Shown here: positions 33,201 to 40,997 of the stretch, piece after piece | How the letters are laid out: each line of letters opens with the position of its first letter | How positions within the stretch are numbered: position 1 is the stretch's first letter | Assembly (NCBI GenBank): GCA_964016885.1 | Contig: OZ024743.1 | Location: 75,454,001 to 75,518,000 of the forward strand | Direction of reading: 5' to 3' | DNA: 64,000 nt | Source of the DNA: Eledone cirrhosa | Lineage: Eukaryota | Made by a program: the position numbers and the translations under genes | Notes under the pieces: model-generated | What the model was told of the DNA's origin: nothing | Database searches by the model: none | The model's input: the letters and a program-made list of their open reading frames with translations, nothing else

Positions 33201-34529
33201 AAGAGTTATCAGTTAAAGAAATGTGTTTTGAGTGGTAAAACATCTGGAAAACATTTACGAAAGACTGAAAAGCTTAATAAAGAGGAAGAGAAAGTGTCTG
33301 AGAAGAAATTATCAAAGTTTGAGGATAAAGATCACAAAAGTTATAGATCAAACTCTAGCTGGAGTTCGAAACACAGAAAATCCTTTGACGATCACAAGAG
33401 TGACTTTAGACATAGAAAAGAAGAAACTAATTCTAGATCCTCTGAATCTAATTTAAAAGGATATTACATACAGAAATCTGCTAACGAAGAGTCTAGTTCT
33501 AAGAGTTATTACCCTCAATCAGCAGCTGGAAAGAGCCCGTTGGGTTCAGAAAAAATAGAAGGTTTGTCTAGAGTTAATGATTCTGTTGACAAGTATCTAG
33601 AAGCTGATAGAAAATTTATGGATAGGAAAAATTTGTTTCAAGATTCAGATTCTAAGTTAAACATTAGTGGTAAAACACAAGAAACTGATAGTTCGATGTT
33701 AGAAAATGTGAAACATGTTTCAGAAACTGATAGATGTTCAAGGTTTGTAAAATGTTCTTCAAATGAGGCCAAAAACATAGAAGGTAATGATAATAGTGAG
33801 TTTAAAGATACTGTTACTTTAAGTATTGGTGAAGGTCATCAGAAAAGTAGAAATATTGCATCAAAACAGACAAATGTTGGAACTTCTAACTCTGTTTCTA
33901 AAGTTTCTCTAGAAGACAATTGTGATGGAATCGACTATAGCCAATCAGTCAAAGATATCTTAGATGTTATTGAAACACGTTCAGAAACAACTGGTGTAAA
34001 ACCTGATAACAGAATATTCCAGAACTCTGAGAAGATCTCTGATAAATTAAGTGGAGAAGATGAAGCTAGTTTAGTGTCTAGTGAAGATCAAGATAAACAA
34101 CCACCACCTTTGCCTACTGCTGTATCCCCTCCACCTCTTCCGCCGTTTCCAGAACAACTGCCTTCTTTACCATTAGCCCCTCTTCCTTCCTCTCCTTTGT
34201 CTGAGACAGCTGGAAAGAAAGGTTCAAAGCTATGCAGACATAATGAAGAGCTTGAACAACAGGGTGAAGGCGTTCCTCAAGTGCTCACTAATAACAAAAC
34301 TACTCAAAGAGAACAGATACTTGGAGAGAAAGGCATGAAAGAAGTGAGTGGGAAGCAAGTAGATGAAGATGGAAATAAAACATTTGACGGGAACACTAAT
34401 GACAATATAAAAATAATTCAGTCGACAGAAACTCTAGATGAATTGGAGAGTTTCTTGAGCCAACTGAAGGAGAAAAAGAAACAACAAATGATGGCTGAAG
34501 GTAAGCCATTAAAATGGAAGAAACTGTGA
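2682..34529 (+). CDS. TTC14: Tetratricopeptide repeat protein 14 orthologue, 5'-partial spliced gene (13 exons in window, ~1335 codons)
   Basis: Manually joined exons 2682-2803, 5666-5742, 5837-5959, 8723-8807, 10860-10954, 15313-15350, 17929-18072, 21549-21620, 26275-26394, 27677-27799, 28769-28886, 29947-30122, 31814-34529 all have AG/GT borders and matching phases. The peptide has motifs I recognise from vertebrate TTC14 ([81 protein letters not shown], poly-Ser tail). Confidence 0.93.
2888..3468 (+). mobile_element. Cluster of short RTE 3'-tail derivatives ending in (GAT)n; the last is interrupted by a piggyBac-type MITE
   Basis: Repeated CCATGCTAGCATGGAAAA..GGAYGTTAAACGGTGATGAT motif matching the 3' end of the LINE at 14660-14718. 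Confidence 0.7.
3221..3445. mobile_element. piggyBac-type MITE with TTAA target-site duplication
   Basis: TTAA|CCCTTTAGCATTTA...TAAATGCTAAAGGG|TTAA; splits the host motif ggacaTTAAacgatgat. Confidence 0.85.
3641..4917 (-). mobile_element. 5'-truncated RTE-clade LINE (subfamily B): RT C-terminus from [12 protein letters not shown]-like insert, 3'UTR and (GAT)n tail
   Basis: ORFs 4383..4988 and 3844..4275; near-identical to 22981-24250; possible AACTTC TSD at 3636-3641/4918-4923. Confidence 0.92.
5079..5585 (-). mobile_element. RTE 3'UTR derivative with an internal 48-bp tandem expansion (~8 copies, 5208-5585)
   Basis: (CAT)n plus tail motif, followed by CCACTTTACTGGGTGGACTGGGTGCTTTTCATTGTG... 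units. Confidence 0.8.
5666..5742 (+). CDS. TTC14: TTC14 exon ([26 protein letters not shown])
   Basis: tttcAG acceptor, CAG|GTATGT donor, resembles human HYAIMPPLEQFMEIP. Confidence 0.92.
5837..5959 (+). CDS. TTC14: TTC14 exon, start of S1/OB-like region ([41 protein letters not shown])
   Basis: tttcAG acceptor, ACT|GTAAGT donor, 123 nt, phase 0/0. Confidence 0.92.
6007..6227. mobile_element. piggyBac-type MITE (same family as 3221-3445, opposite orientation)
   Basis: TTAA|CCCTTTAGCATTTA...TAAATACTAAAGGG|TTAA. Confidence 0.85.
6505..6594. repeat. (TC)n microsatellite, imperfect
   Basis: Direct reading. Confidence 0.9.
6826..8393 (-). repeat. RTE 3'UTR derivative expanded into a 48-bp minisatellite (~28 copies, 7028-8393)
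   Basis: Unit CCACTTTACAGAGTGGACTGGGTGCTTTTTGTCATGACACCAACTTGA, preceded by RTE tail sequence at 6826-7020. Confidence 0.9.
8723..8807 (+). CDS. TTC14: TTC14 exon ([28 protein letters not shown])
   Basis: gacAG acceptor, G|GTACGT donor, phase 0/1. Confidence 0.88.
8849..9648. repeat. 57-bp minisatellite, ~14 copies
   Basis: Unit AAACACAGTTATACACAATATTTACTGTGTTGTGTTAGACTTCAACACACCTCTTAT; 19-aa periodicity in the overlapping ORFs. Confidence 0.95.
9992..10430 (-). mobile_element. Short 5'-truncated copy of RTE subfamily A (last ORF codons, 3'UTR and (GAT)n)
   Basis: Reverse complement of 14230-14718; ORFs 10081..10293(+) and 14412..14624(-) translate almost identically. Confidence 0.92.
10860..10954 (+). 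CDS. TTC14: TTC14 exon ([32 protein letters not shown])
   Basis: tttcAG acceptor, CTG|GTAAGT donor, phase 1/0. Confidence 0.9.
11545..14718 (+). mobile_element. RTE-clade LINE (subfamily A): 5'-truncated APE endonuclease, reverse transcriptase with PHD-type insert, uninterrupted ORF to 14316, 3'UTR and (GAT)n tail
   Basis: APE motifs SAYAPQ, GDLNGH, DYIL, SQH; RT motifs [46 protein letters not shown]; RTE C-terminus [19 protein letters not shown]. Flanked by (TA)n on both sides. Confidence 0.96.
14966..15215 (-). mobile_element. RTE 3'-tail derivative
   Basis: (CAT)n CGTTTAACGTC..CCACGCTAGCATGG..GGATGCCCTTCCTAACACCAACC; close relative at 22752-22952. Confidence 0.8.
15313..15350 (+). CDS. 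TTC14: TTC14 38-nt exon ([13 protein letters not shown])
   Basis: ttttcAG acceptor, AG|GTTTCT donor; resembles human GVISSEELPLYYR; phase 0/2. Confidence 0.88.
15432..16711. repeat. 56-bp minisatellite (~19 copies) interrupted by a SINE
   Basis: Unit TATTTAAAACTGTTATTAATAGTAGGATGTCAGGTAGCTTCTAATAGCATAGTKAG. Confidence 0.93.
16354..16532 (+). mobile_element. tRNA-derived SINE (~180 bp)
   Basis: A-box-like TGGCAGTATCGG, B-box GAGTTCAAATCC, core GACTTTGCCTTTCATCC..GGGGTCGATAAAATAAAGTACCAG; related copies at 17180, 18169, 35258 and within the large satellite. Confidence 0.85.
16881..17090 (+). mobile_element. Degenerate SINE-like element of a second family
   Basis: A-box TGGCTTAGTGG, SINE-type body (GGGTTTAACCCTG..AGTCGCTTCA..GAAACCAGGATAAGC), internal ~32-bp duplication, (AGACTTT)2 tail. 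Confidence 0.5.
17929..18072 (+). CDS. TTC14: TTC14 exon ([48 protein letters not shown])
   Basis: tttcAG acceptor, AA|GTAAGT donor, phase 2/2. Confidence 0.9.
18169..18363 (+). mobile_element. tRNA-derived SINE with probable ~15-bp TSD
   Basis: Same family as 16354-16532; flanked by ATTATTAAATATTGC / ATTATTAAATTTTGT. Confidence 0.82.
18390..18842 (-). mobile_element. CR1/L2-group LINE 3' fragment with duplicated 3'UTR and (ATT)n tail
   Basis: Minus frame reads [39 protein letters not shown] (CR1-type R..FF..RV...WN.LP...FK); 3'UTR block occurs twice (18400-18510, 18520-18640). Confidence 0.8.
18919..19016 (-). ncRNA. Putative minimal type I hammerhead ribozyme (Penelope-like element type)
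   Basis: Minus strand: AUCACCAGU-CUGAAGA-GCAGA..(extended stem II)..UCUGC-GAAA-UGUGCA-UA^ACAGGUCGAU, followed by AATAAA. Confidence 0.6.
19514..19690. mobile_element. piggyBac-type MITE, internally deleted
   Basis: CCCTTCAGCATTTAAACCGGCC...AAATGCTAAAGGG|TTAA. Confidence 0.8.
19770..20075 (+). mobile_element. Old RTE 3' fragment
   Basis: Degenerate [20 protein letters not shown] coding and tail motif; similar fragments at 20519-20815(-) and 29460-29865(+). Confidence 0.72.
20519..20815 (-). mobile_element. Old RTE 3' fragment with (GAT)n tail
   Basis: ORF 20537..20734 [25 protein letters not shown]. Confidence 0.75.
21233..21428. mobile_element. piggyBac-type MITE
   Basis: CCCTTTTGAATTT...AAATGTCAAAGGG|TTAA; body matches 6007-6227. 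Confidence 0.75.
21549..21620 (+). CDS. TTC14: TTC14 exon ([23 protein letters not shown])
   Basis: tttttAG acceptor, AG|GTGAGT donor, phase 2/2. Confidence 0.88.
22169..22750. repeat. AT-rich ~28-30-bp minisatellite (GTTATATTTTATATAAATA(ATA)CT..) split by nested insertions; remnants also at 22953-22980 and 26233-26260
   Basis: Direct reading. Confidence 0.75.
22497..22641 (-). mobile_element. tRNA-derived SINE with CORE-like body
   Basis: Minus strand GGAGGCATATGGCTTAGTGGTTAGAGC..GAGTTCAATTC..CCTTGAGCAAGGCACTTTATTTCAC. Confidence 0.75.
22981..26233 (-). mobile_element. Near full-length RTE-clade LINE (subfamily B), inactivated by stops and frameshifts
   Basis: APE ([22 protein letters not shown]) in ORF 25649..26209; RT in ORF 24122..25348; PHD-like insert and C-terminus 23280-24120; (CAT)n at 22981. 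Confidence 0.95.
26275..26394 (+). CDS. TTC14: TTC14 TPR exon ([40 protein letters not shown])
   Basis: gtAG acceptor, CT|GTAAGT donor, TPR consensus. Confidence 0.93.
26529..26675. mobile_element. piggyBac-type MITE, internally deleted
   Basis: CCCTTTAGCAT...ATGCTAAAGGG|TTAA. Confidence 0.78.
27358..27579. repeat. Foldback/MITE-like hairpin with ~100-bp arms
   Basis: TATTGTT..TTTGGGAGGGTCATGCTGCCAATAAAAAC..CCCAGTCGGTTAGTTTA / TAAACTAACTGACTGGG..GTTTTTATTGGCAGCATGACCCTCCCAAA..AACAATA. Confidence 0.85.
27677..27799 (+). CDS. TTC14: TTC14 TPR exon ([40 protein letters not shown])
   Basis: ttttAG acceptor, AT|GTAAGT donor, TPR consensus. Confidence 0.93.
28234..28672 (+). mobile_element. Degenerate Rex3/Expander-like RTE 3' fragment
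   Basis: Translates [29 protein letters not shown]..[10 protein letters not shown]..[23 protein letters not shown]; siblings at 21827-22000, 38107-38720, 40640-40997. Confidence 0.78.
28769..28886 (+). CDS. TTC14: TTC14 TPR exon ([39 protein letters not shown])
   Basis: gctAG acceptor, AAG|GTGAGA donor, phase 2/0. Confidence 0.92.
28930..29070 (+). mobile_element. RTE 3'-tail derivative
   Basis: Reverse complement of the 3641-3785 type sequence, ending in (GAT)n. Confidence 0.75.
29947..30122 (+). CDS. TTC14: TTC14 exon, low-complexity linker ([14 protein letters not shown]...DKFQHYR)
   Basis: tttcAG acceptor, AG|GTAAAT donor, open frame; phase 0/2 bridges the flanking exons exactly. Confidence 0.82.
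30196..30965 (-). mobile_element. Vingi/Ingi-like LINE 3' fragment with duplicated 3' end, (CT)n tail and a 33-bp minisatellite inside its zinc-finger codons
   Basis: Minus strand [14 protein letters not shown]...[54 protein letters not shown]; 33-bp array at 30474-30750. Confidence 0.65.
31058..31735. repeat. Foldback/MITE-like palindrome (centre ~31175) whose right arm is split by a LINE insertion
   Basis: 31058-31134 is the reverse complement of 31659-31735 with only a few mismatches; inner arms GAAAAAGATGGGTATC / GATACCCATCTTTTTC. Confidence 0.85.
31216..31658 (-). mobile_element. 5'-inverted RTE/RTEX-like LINE fragment flanked by 12-bp TSD ATATGCCCCATT
   Basis: + strand 31420-31658 encodes [33 protein letters not shown]; the continuation [36 protein letters not shown] is on the - strand, 31412-31240. 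Confidence 0.8.
31814..34529 (+). CDS. TTC14: TTC14 terminal coding exon, ~904 aa Ser/Arg/Lys/His-rich disordered tail with poly-Ser and Pro-rich segments
   Basis: ttttcAG acceptor at 31812-31813 in phase 2; 2.7 kb uninterrupted frame to TGA (3' part of ORF 31407..34529). Confidence 0.88.
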
Positions 34530-35257
34530 ACAAATGAAGAAGCCATATTTGTTATGTAAATAAGCTTCCACAAATGAGGAAATGAAATGTCCATATTTTG
34601 TAATTGAAGTTTTTTTTTCCCTTTCCTTCAATAGCCTAAGTTAATGCCCAAATCTAATACTAGTGACTAACTTCATCTTATCCATTGTTGAAGAAAGGAG
34701 AAACATCTTGTAAAGAGCCTCAGAATATTAATATTGTTAGAAACTTCAAAGTGTTTTTTTTTTTTTTTTTTTGTTTGTTTGTTTTTTCGTCTTCTGACTG
34801 GCATTTGTTCGAGGTTGGTATGGATAGTTTTTATCTGAAATAGCTTACTTTTCCTTCTTTGTGTTTTTGGCAGACTGTTGTCCCTCCCACCTCTCACTTT
34901 GTAAATCTATCTTGTTCACAGGTGTACATACAGCTATTCTCTGTGAATGTACGCTAATCATTTCAATTATCAGGGTTGATTTTTCCTGAGGGATTTGATT
35001 TGATTAAATTATCTTTTCCTATGGACTTCAGTTTTTCTTCTTTTTCTTCTGTTCTTTTTATATGATTTACAAACTTCACTCCTTGAATATAAAAAAATTA
35101 AGCCTGGATTTAGATAACCACAAGAAAGATGGCAGTAAGAAAACCAATTACCTTGATAACAGTGAATCATAGACACGTCATTTTAACAGCTGAGATGTAT
35201 TCTTATTAGAGGGATACATTATTTTGATGGTGTATATTTATTGGCATCAGACAGTGA

Positions 35258-35385
35258 AATGGCAGAGCTGTTAGAACACCAAAATAGAATACTTTGTAGT
35301 ATTAATTCAGGCTCTAAACTCTGAGCTCAAATCCTGGTAAGTTCAACTTTACCTTTCCTCCTTTTGAGGTTGGTACATCAGTCCA
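35258..35385 (+). mobile_element. Degenerate tRNA-derived SINE fragment
   Basis: TGGCAGAGCTG..GAGCTCAAATCC..AACTTTACCTTTCCTCCTTTTGAGGT. Confidence 0.6.
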
Positions 35386-35387
35386 GT

Positions 35388-36917
35388 ATATACCACTGCA
35401 ATAACTACCACACTACCACTACACTGACATATACCACTGTAATAACTACCACACTACCACTACACTGACATATACCACTGTAATAACTACCACACTACCA
35501 CTACACTGACATATACCACTGCAATAACTACCAAACTACCACTACAATGACATATACCACTGCAATAACTACCACACTACCACTACACTGACATATACCA
35601 CTGTAATAACTACCACTACACTGACATATACCACTGTAATAACTACCACACTACCACTACACTGACATATACCACTGCAATAACTACCACACTACCACTA
35701 CACTGACATATACCACTGTAATAACTACCACACTACCACTACACTGACACATACCACTGCAATAACTACCACACTACCACTACACTGACATATACCACTG
35801 CAATAACTACCACACTACCACTACACTGACATATACCACTGCAATAACTACCACACTACCACTACACTGACATATACCACTGCAATAACTACCACACTAC
35901 CACTACACTGACATATACCACTGCAATAACTACCACACTACCACTACACTGACATATACCACTGTAATAACTACCACACTACCACTACACTGACATATAC
36001 CACTGCAATAACTACCACACTACCACTACAATGACATATACCACTGCAATAACTACCACACTACCACTACACTGACATATACCACTGTAATAACTACCAC
36101 ACTACCACTACAATGACATCTACCACTACAATGACATATACCACTGCAATAACTACCACACTACCACTACACTGACATATACCACTGTAATAACTACTGC
36201 AATAACTACCACACTACCACTACAATGACATATACCACTGCAATAACTACCACACTACCACTACACTGACATATACCACTAATAACTACCACACTACCAC
36301 TACAATGACATATACCACTGCAATAACTACCACACTACCACTACAATGACATATACCACTGCAATAACTACCACACTACCACTACACTGACATATACCAC
36401 TAATAACTACCACACTACCACTACAATGACATATACCACTGTAATAACTACCACACTACCACTGTAATAACTACCACACTACCACTACACTGACATATAC
36501 CACTGTAATAACTACCACACTACCACTACACTGACATATACCACTGTAATAACTACCACACTACCACTACAATGACATATAGCACTGCAATAACTACCAC
36601 ACTACCACTACAATGACATATAGCACTGCAATAACTACCACACTACCACTACACTGACATATACCACTGCAATAACTACCACACTACCACTACAATGACA
36701 TAGCACTGCAATAACTACCACACTACCACTACACTGACATATACCATTGCAATAACTACCACACTACCACTACAATGACATATACCACTGTAATAACTAC
36801 CACACTATCACTATAATGACATATACCACTGCAATAACTATCACATTACCACTACAATGACATATACCACTGTAATAACTACCACAACAATGACATATAC
36901 CACTGTAATAACTACCA
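35388..36917. repeat. 41-bp minisatellite, ~37 copies, strongly C/A-rich strand
   Basis: Unit ATATACCACTGYAATAACTACCACACTACCACTACAMTGAC. Confidence 0.95.
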
Positions 36918-36945
36918 ATTTATTATTTCTTAGTTTATAATAAAT

Positions 36946-37265
36946 ATCAGAGATGCCACATGCAGCAACATATTCTCCAGCGGCAACCAGGTGCAGTCTG
37001 TGACTAATCCAGGCTCTGCTGCACTTCGAGCTGAGGAGGGTAAACTCTCCAAATATCGGTCATTCTCCGACAGGTTTGCAGTCGAACCCGTAGCAGTGGA
37101 GATTTCTGGTGTCCTTGGCCCTAGGGCCATCTCCCTACTTACCACCATCAGCACAAACTTGCCTTCCTGCAGGTGTGTGTGAGCCTCACGATCTGGAATG
37201 GCTCTTCCAGCGCATCTCCCTCACCATCCTCTAGGGAAACGCCTCCTCCATTCTGTCCACCGGGA
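36946..37265 (+). mobile_element. CRE-like non-LTR retrotransposon fragment (C-terminal restriction-like endonuclease)
   Basis: RDATCSN..PGSAALRAEEGKLSKY..FAVEPVAVEISGVLGP..(frameshift)..EWLFQRISLTIL*GNASSIL matches the D.TC..AE..K..KY..P.A.E..G..G..QR.S....GNA pattern. Confidence 0.72.
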
Positions 37266-37660
37266 CTGCAGGGTGGCCAGTGTGTGTGTGCCCCCATTTG
37301 CTTATAATAGTGAGAGATGGGGAGAGAGACAGGGGCAGTGATAGTGGGATTTTGGTTCCATTGTGTTTGGACCTGGTGTATATGTTTATATATTTCACAC
37401 ACACTCAAACTGAGGCAGTGGCAGTGGGACTTTGGTTCCATTGTGTATATGTAAATATATATTTACCACACCACAGCTGTATGTATGTAGTTAATTGCAG
37501 TCTTTGACACTTCTTTACAAAGGTTTCCCAGTTATATATTGAGAAGATTTCTATTGATGGCTAATATTTCTAGAAAATAAAATAAATACATGAGGAGGAA
37601 ATAATAGAATAAAAATATTGCTAACGACATATTGTTTATTTTAGCTCGAAATCAACAGAT

Positions 37661-37775
37661 TTGTTAAAAAGAACCCAACACTCATCATTATCATCATAAT
37701 CATCACTGTTTTATGTCTGGAAAAAATGGATGTAAAACGGTGATGATGATGATGAATGTTGGGTTCTTTTAACAA
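37661..37775. repeat. Short inverted duplication made of an RTE tail plus its flank
   Basis: TTGTTAAAAAGAACCCAACA-(CAT)n-..GTTTTA / TAAAAC..-(GAT)n-TGTTGGGTTCTTTTAACAA. Confidence 0.75.
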
Positions 37776-38106
37776 AAACAATAAAAAGAAACAAAAATAT
37801 TCTACAATTAGCAGATGCAAAAGATCTCATGTTTTGAAAATTGATAAAAATCATGAATTATGGATGCAGATCTGGAATTGATGGCTTTTTACCAATATTT
37901 ATAAAAAATATATTAAAAAATTGTTTATCAAAAGAGAAATGTCTAACATTGAAGATAGAACCTCCAAAATGTCATCATTAGTAAAGTATTACAACATTTA
38001 GTATAAGAATAGTTTTGGACCAGTTTTTTCTTTGAAGAATTTATCTGAACAGTAAACTTTAACCACAGACAAATTAAAATAAACTATTTTATGTGTTATC
38101 CACTAA

Positions 38107-38720
38107 GTCAGGTAGAGAAGTTCAAGTATTTTGGAGCTGTGTTCACAAGTGATGGAAGGCAGGAGGCTGATTGAAGTGCAAGAGCTGATGCAGTAATGCA
38201 CCAAATTCAGCATTCTGTAATCAGAAGGGAGGTAGGTGTAAAGGCCAAACTGGCTACCTTTAATTCGGTATTCGTGCCAGCCCTTACCTATGATCATGAA
38301 TCTTGGGTTATGACCAAAAGAATAGAATCATGAATACAAGTGGCCGAAATGAGATCCTCTGAAGGGACTTTGGAGTAACGTTACACGATAAAGTGCGTAA
38401 CTTGGAGATCAGAGAGGCACTCCAGGTAGAGCAGCTACTTCTCCAAATTGAGAGATCACATCCCCAATACTATGGGCATGTGGTTAGAATGTCTCTGGAA
38501 AGAATCATTGGACAGATTTTATGGGTAAAACTAATCACCTGAAGACCCAGTGGTGGACCCACGAGCAAAATGGTTGGATAACATTCATGAGCTTGGCTGG
38601 TCTCACTTGGGGATCGAGCTGGATCAGTTGGAGACAGTTGCTTCTGACAGGACCCACTGGTAGAAGTGTTTAAGGATTCTGCTCCCATCACTTTCAGGAA
38701 TAAGTGGGCGAAGAAGATGT
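38107..38720 (+). mobile_element. Degenerate Rex3/Expander-like RTE fragment
   Basis: QVEKFKYFGAVFTSDGRQE...KAKLATFNSVFVPALTYDHESWVMT...EALQVEQLLLQIERS. Confidence 0.78.
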
Positions 38721-38751
38721 GTTATCCTAAACTATTTTATGTGAGACCATA

Positions 38752-39063
38752 CATAAGTGCACAGGTTCCTGAACTACCCGGGAGATCAGTAGCTCTAAGT
38801 AATGACTTGGTCTATATGGACCCATCCAACCCTGCACTATTGACCACACCATCCCACCACTGCTATATCCACTCTCCCCCTATTCTACCAGTCACCGCTT
38901 CCCCTTACTCATCACCCTGTCAAATCCCCACACTCACCATACACCCATAGCATCATAGCTATCGCCCTCTTCTCCTCCAACTCCACAGTTGGGACTATCA
39001 TCAACAACCTCTAACCTTAGAGCCACTGATCTCCCGGGTAGTTCAGGAACCTGTGCACTTATG
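38752..39063. mobile_element. TA-flanked MITE with ~48-bp terminal inverted repeats (Tc1/mariner-type geometry)
   Basis: TA|CATAAGTGCACAGGTTCCTGAACTACCCGGGAGATCAGTAGCTCTAAG ... CTTAGAGCCACTGATCTCCCGGGTAGTTCAGGAACCTGTGCACTTATG|TA (1 mismatch). Confidence 0.85.
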
Positions 39064-40082
39064 TACGTCTAACCTCTAGTGATGGTGTTACCCAGTAAGG
39101 TGGTTGGCGATAGGAAGGGCACTCCAATTGATCTACACAATAAATGCATCTATTAAAGTGTTGGTGGTAGGAAGAGGCATCCAGCTGTGGAAAGCCAAAT
39201 AAAGGGTTGAAAGGACCCTCAAGTTGTGTCAAAGACATGAGAACTTCTCTAGTGCTGGTGCTATGATAAATGCACTTGGTAGAACGTGGGACTGTATATA
39301 AGTGAGATGTAAACCCCTGGCCTGTTTGGGGAGTCAGTAACCCCACTTCAGTACTGACTCGGTCCCTGAAAACCCGTCTAACCCTTGCTAGCAGAGAAAG
39401 TGGACCTTGAATAATGATGATGATGCTATTATATATATAACCCATGATTGCATGGAAAAATTGACGTAAAACGGTGATGATATATATATATATTCATCTA
39501 ACCCATACTAGCATGGGAAAATAGATGTTAAATGATGATGAGGATGATATATATATATATATATAACGAAGGAAGTGTGGTAAGATACCAGGTGGACCCT
39601 AACGCACCAAAGTACTCGATCTGGGTAGTAGAGTGGGTATTAGGAAAAGGTTCAGGACCCCGATGGCAGAGCTCTGGCCATTTCGACATCTAGATCTGTG
39701 TTCAGATCTAGCTGTCAAAACGGCTGGAGCTCAGCCGTTGGGGTCCTGACTCTTTTCCTATAAATATATGTATTATCATCATCATCATCATCGTTTGATA
39801 TATATATATATATATGTGTATATGCATATGTTCATATTCTTGTATTCCTATGAGTCTTGAACAATAACAGCAGATCTGGAAAGAAGGATACAGGCTATGG
39901 AGGTTGGATGCTTCGGAAAGCTCCTCGAAATCACCTACAGAGAGTACATCGCCAATGAGGAAGTGCGAAACAGAATTTGGGAAGCCATTGGGACAGATGA
40001 GATGTATATATGCTATTAAATTAGACATGGCCTTGGCCTATACTGGCTGAAACCTATCTAAGTTAAGTTTTATACATATGTA

Positions 40083-40225
40083 GGTGCAGGCATGACTGTG
40101 GTTAGGAAGTTTGCTTCACAACCAAATGGCCTTGAGGTCTATCTCACTGCATGGGCAAATGTCTTTTATGTTACCCCCGAGTGCCTTGTGAGTGAATTTG
40201 GTAGATGGAAACTGCATGAAGTTCA
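40083..40225 (+). mobile_element. Degenerate SINE (further family)
   Basis: GGTGCAGGCATGACTGTGGTTAGGAAGTTTGCTTC..GGGCAAATGTCTT..GCCTTGTGAGTGAATTTGGTAGATGGAAACTG; recognised from memory only. Confidence 0.5.
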
Positions 40226-40639
40226 TAGTGTGTTGTCAGTTTTCGCATCTTAACATTCACTGTTGTGAAGGTAGTGGTGTTTGTTAATATCCCGCGTAAA
40301 TATAGGCCCTACTTCCGAGTTAAATGTGCAAAGATCTATGCCTTAAAAAAAATATAAGGTGAGTGTTGGCATAAGGAAAAGCATCTGGCCATAGAACTTT
40401 ACCCCCAAAAGTCTTGTTCAAGCCATGAACATAAAACTGATGGTGATGAAATGTTTACATACAGATTTATACAGAGAGAAACAAATTTAAGTTAATAATT
40501 TAAACTACATACAAAGAAGCTTTAAGTTAGACAGAAAATATCGGCAAGAGAAACTGGGTCATAACATAACCCGGGAGAAAGAAACAATGGAAATATGTTA
40601 TGTTTGAAGCAAGAGTATTTCTATAGAAAATGCTAGACT

Positions 40640-40997
40640 TCTTCAATTCGGTATTCATGCCAACCCTTACCTATGGTTATGTATCTTGGATAAAGACCAA
40701 ATTATATAATCGTGAATACAACTAACCGAAATATAGTTCCTCCGAAGGGTCTTTGGAGTAATATTATTTCATAAAGTGTATAGCTTGGAGATCAGGTAGT
40801 CACTCCAGGTAGAGCCGTTACTTCTCAGAATTGAGAGATCACAGCGCCAATACTACGGACATGTGGCTAGAATGTCTCTGGACAGATTTTATGGGCAAAA
40901 CCAACCGGCAGGAGACCCAGAGCAAGATGGTTGGATAACATCCATCGGCTTGGCTGGTCTCACTTGGAGATCCAGCCGGATCAGTTGGAGACAATTG
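40640..40997 (+). mobile_element. Degenerate Rex3/Expander-like RTE fragment
   Basis: Collinear with 28234-28620. Confidence 0.75.

Noticed and set aside
34530-37600. TTC14 polyadenylation site
   Set aside because: I saw no canonical AATAAA close to the stop. The candidates (ATTAAA ~35003, AATAAA ~36938, ~37576) cannot be distinguished without transcripts.
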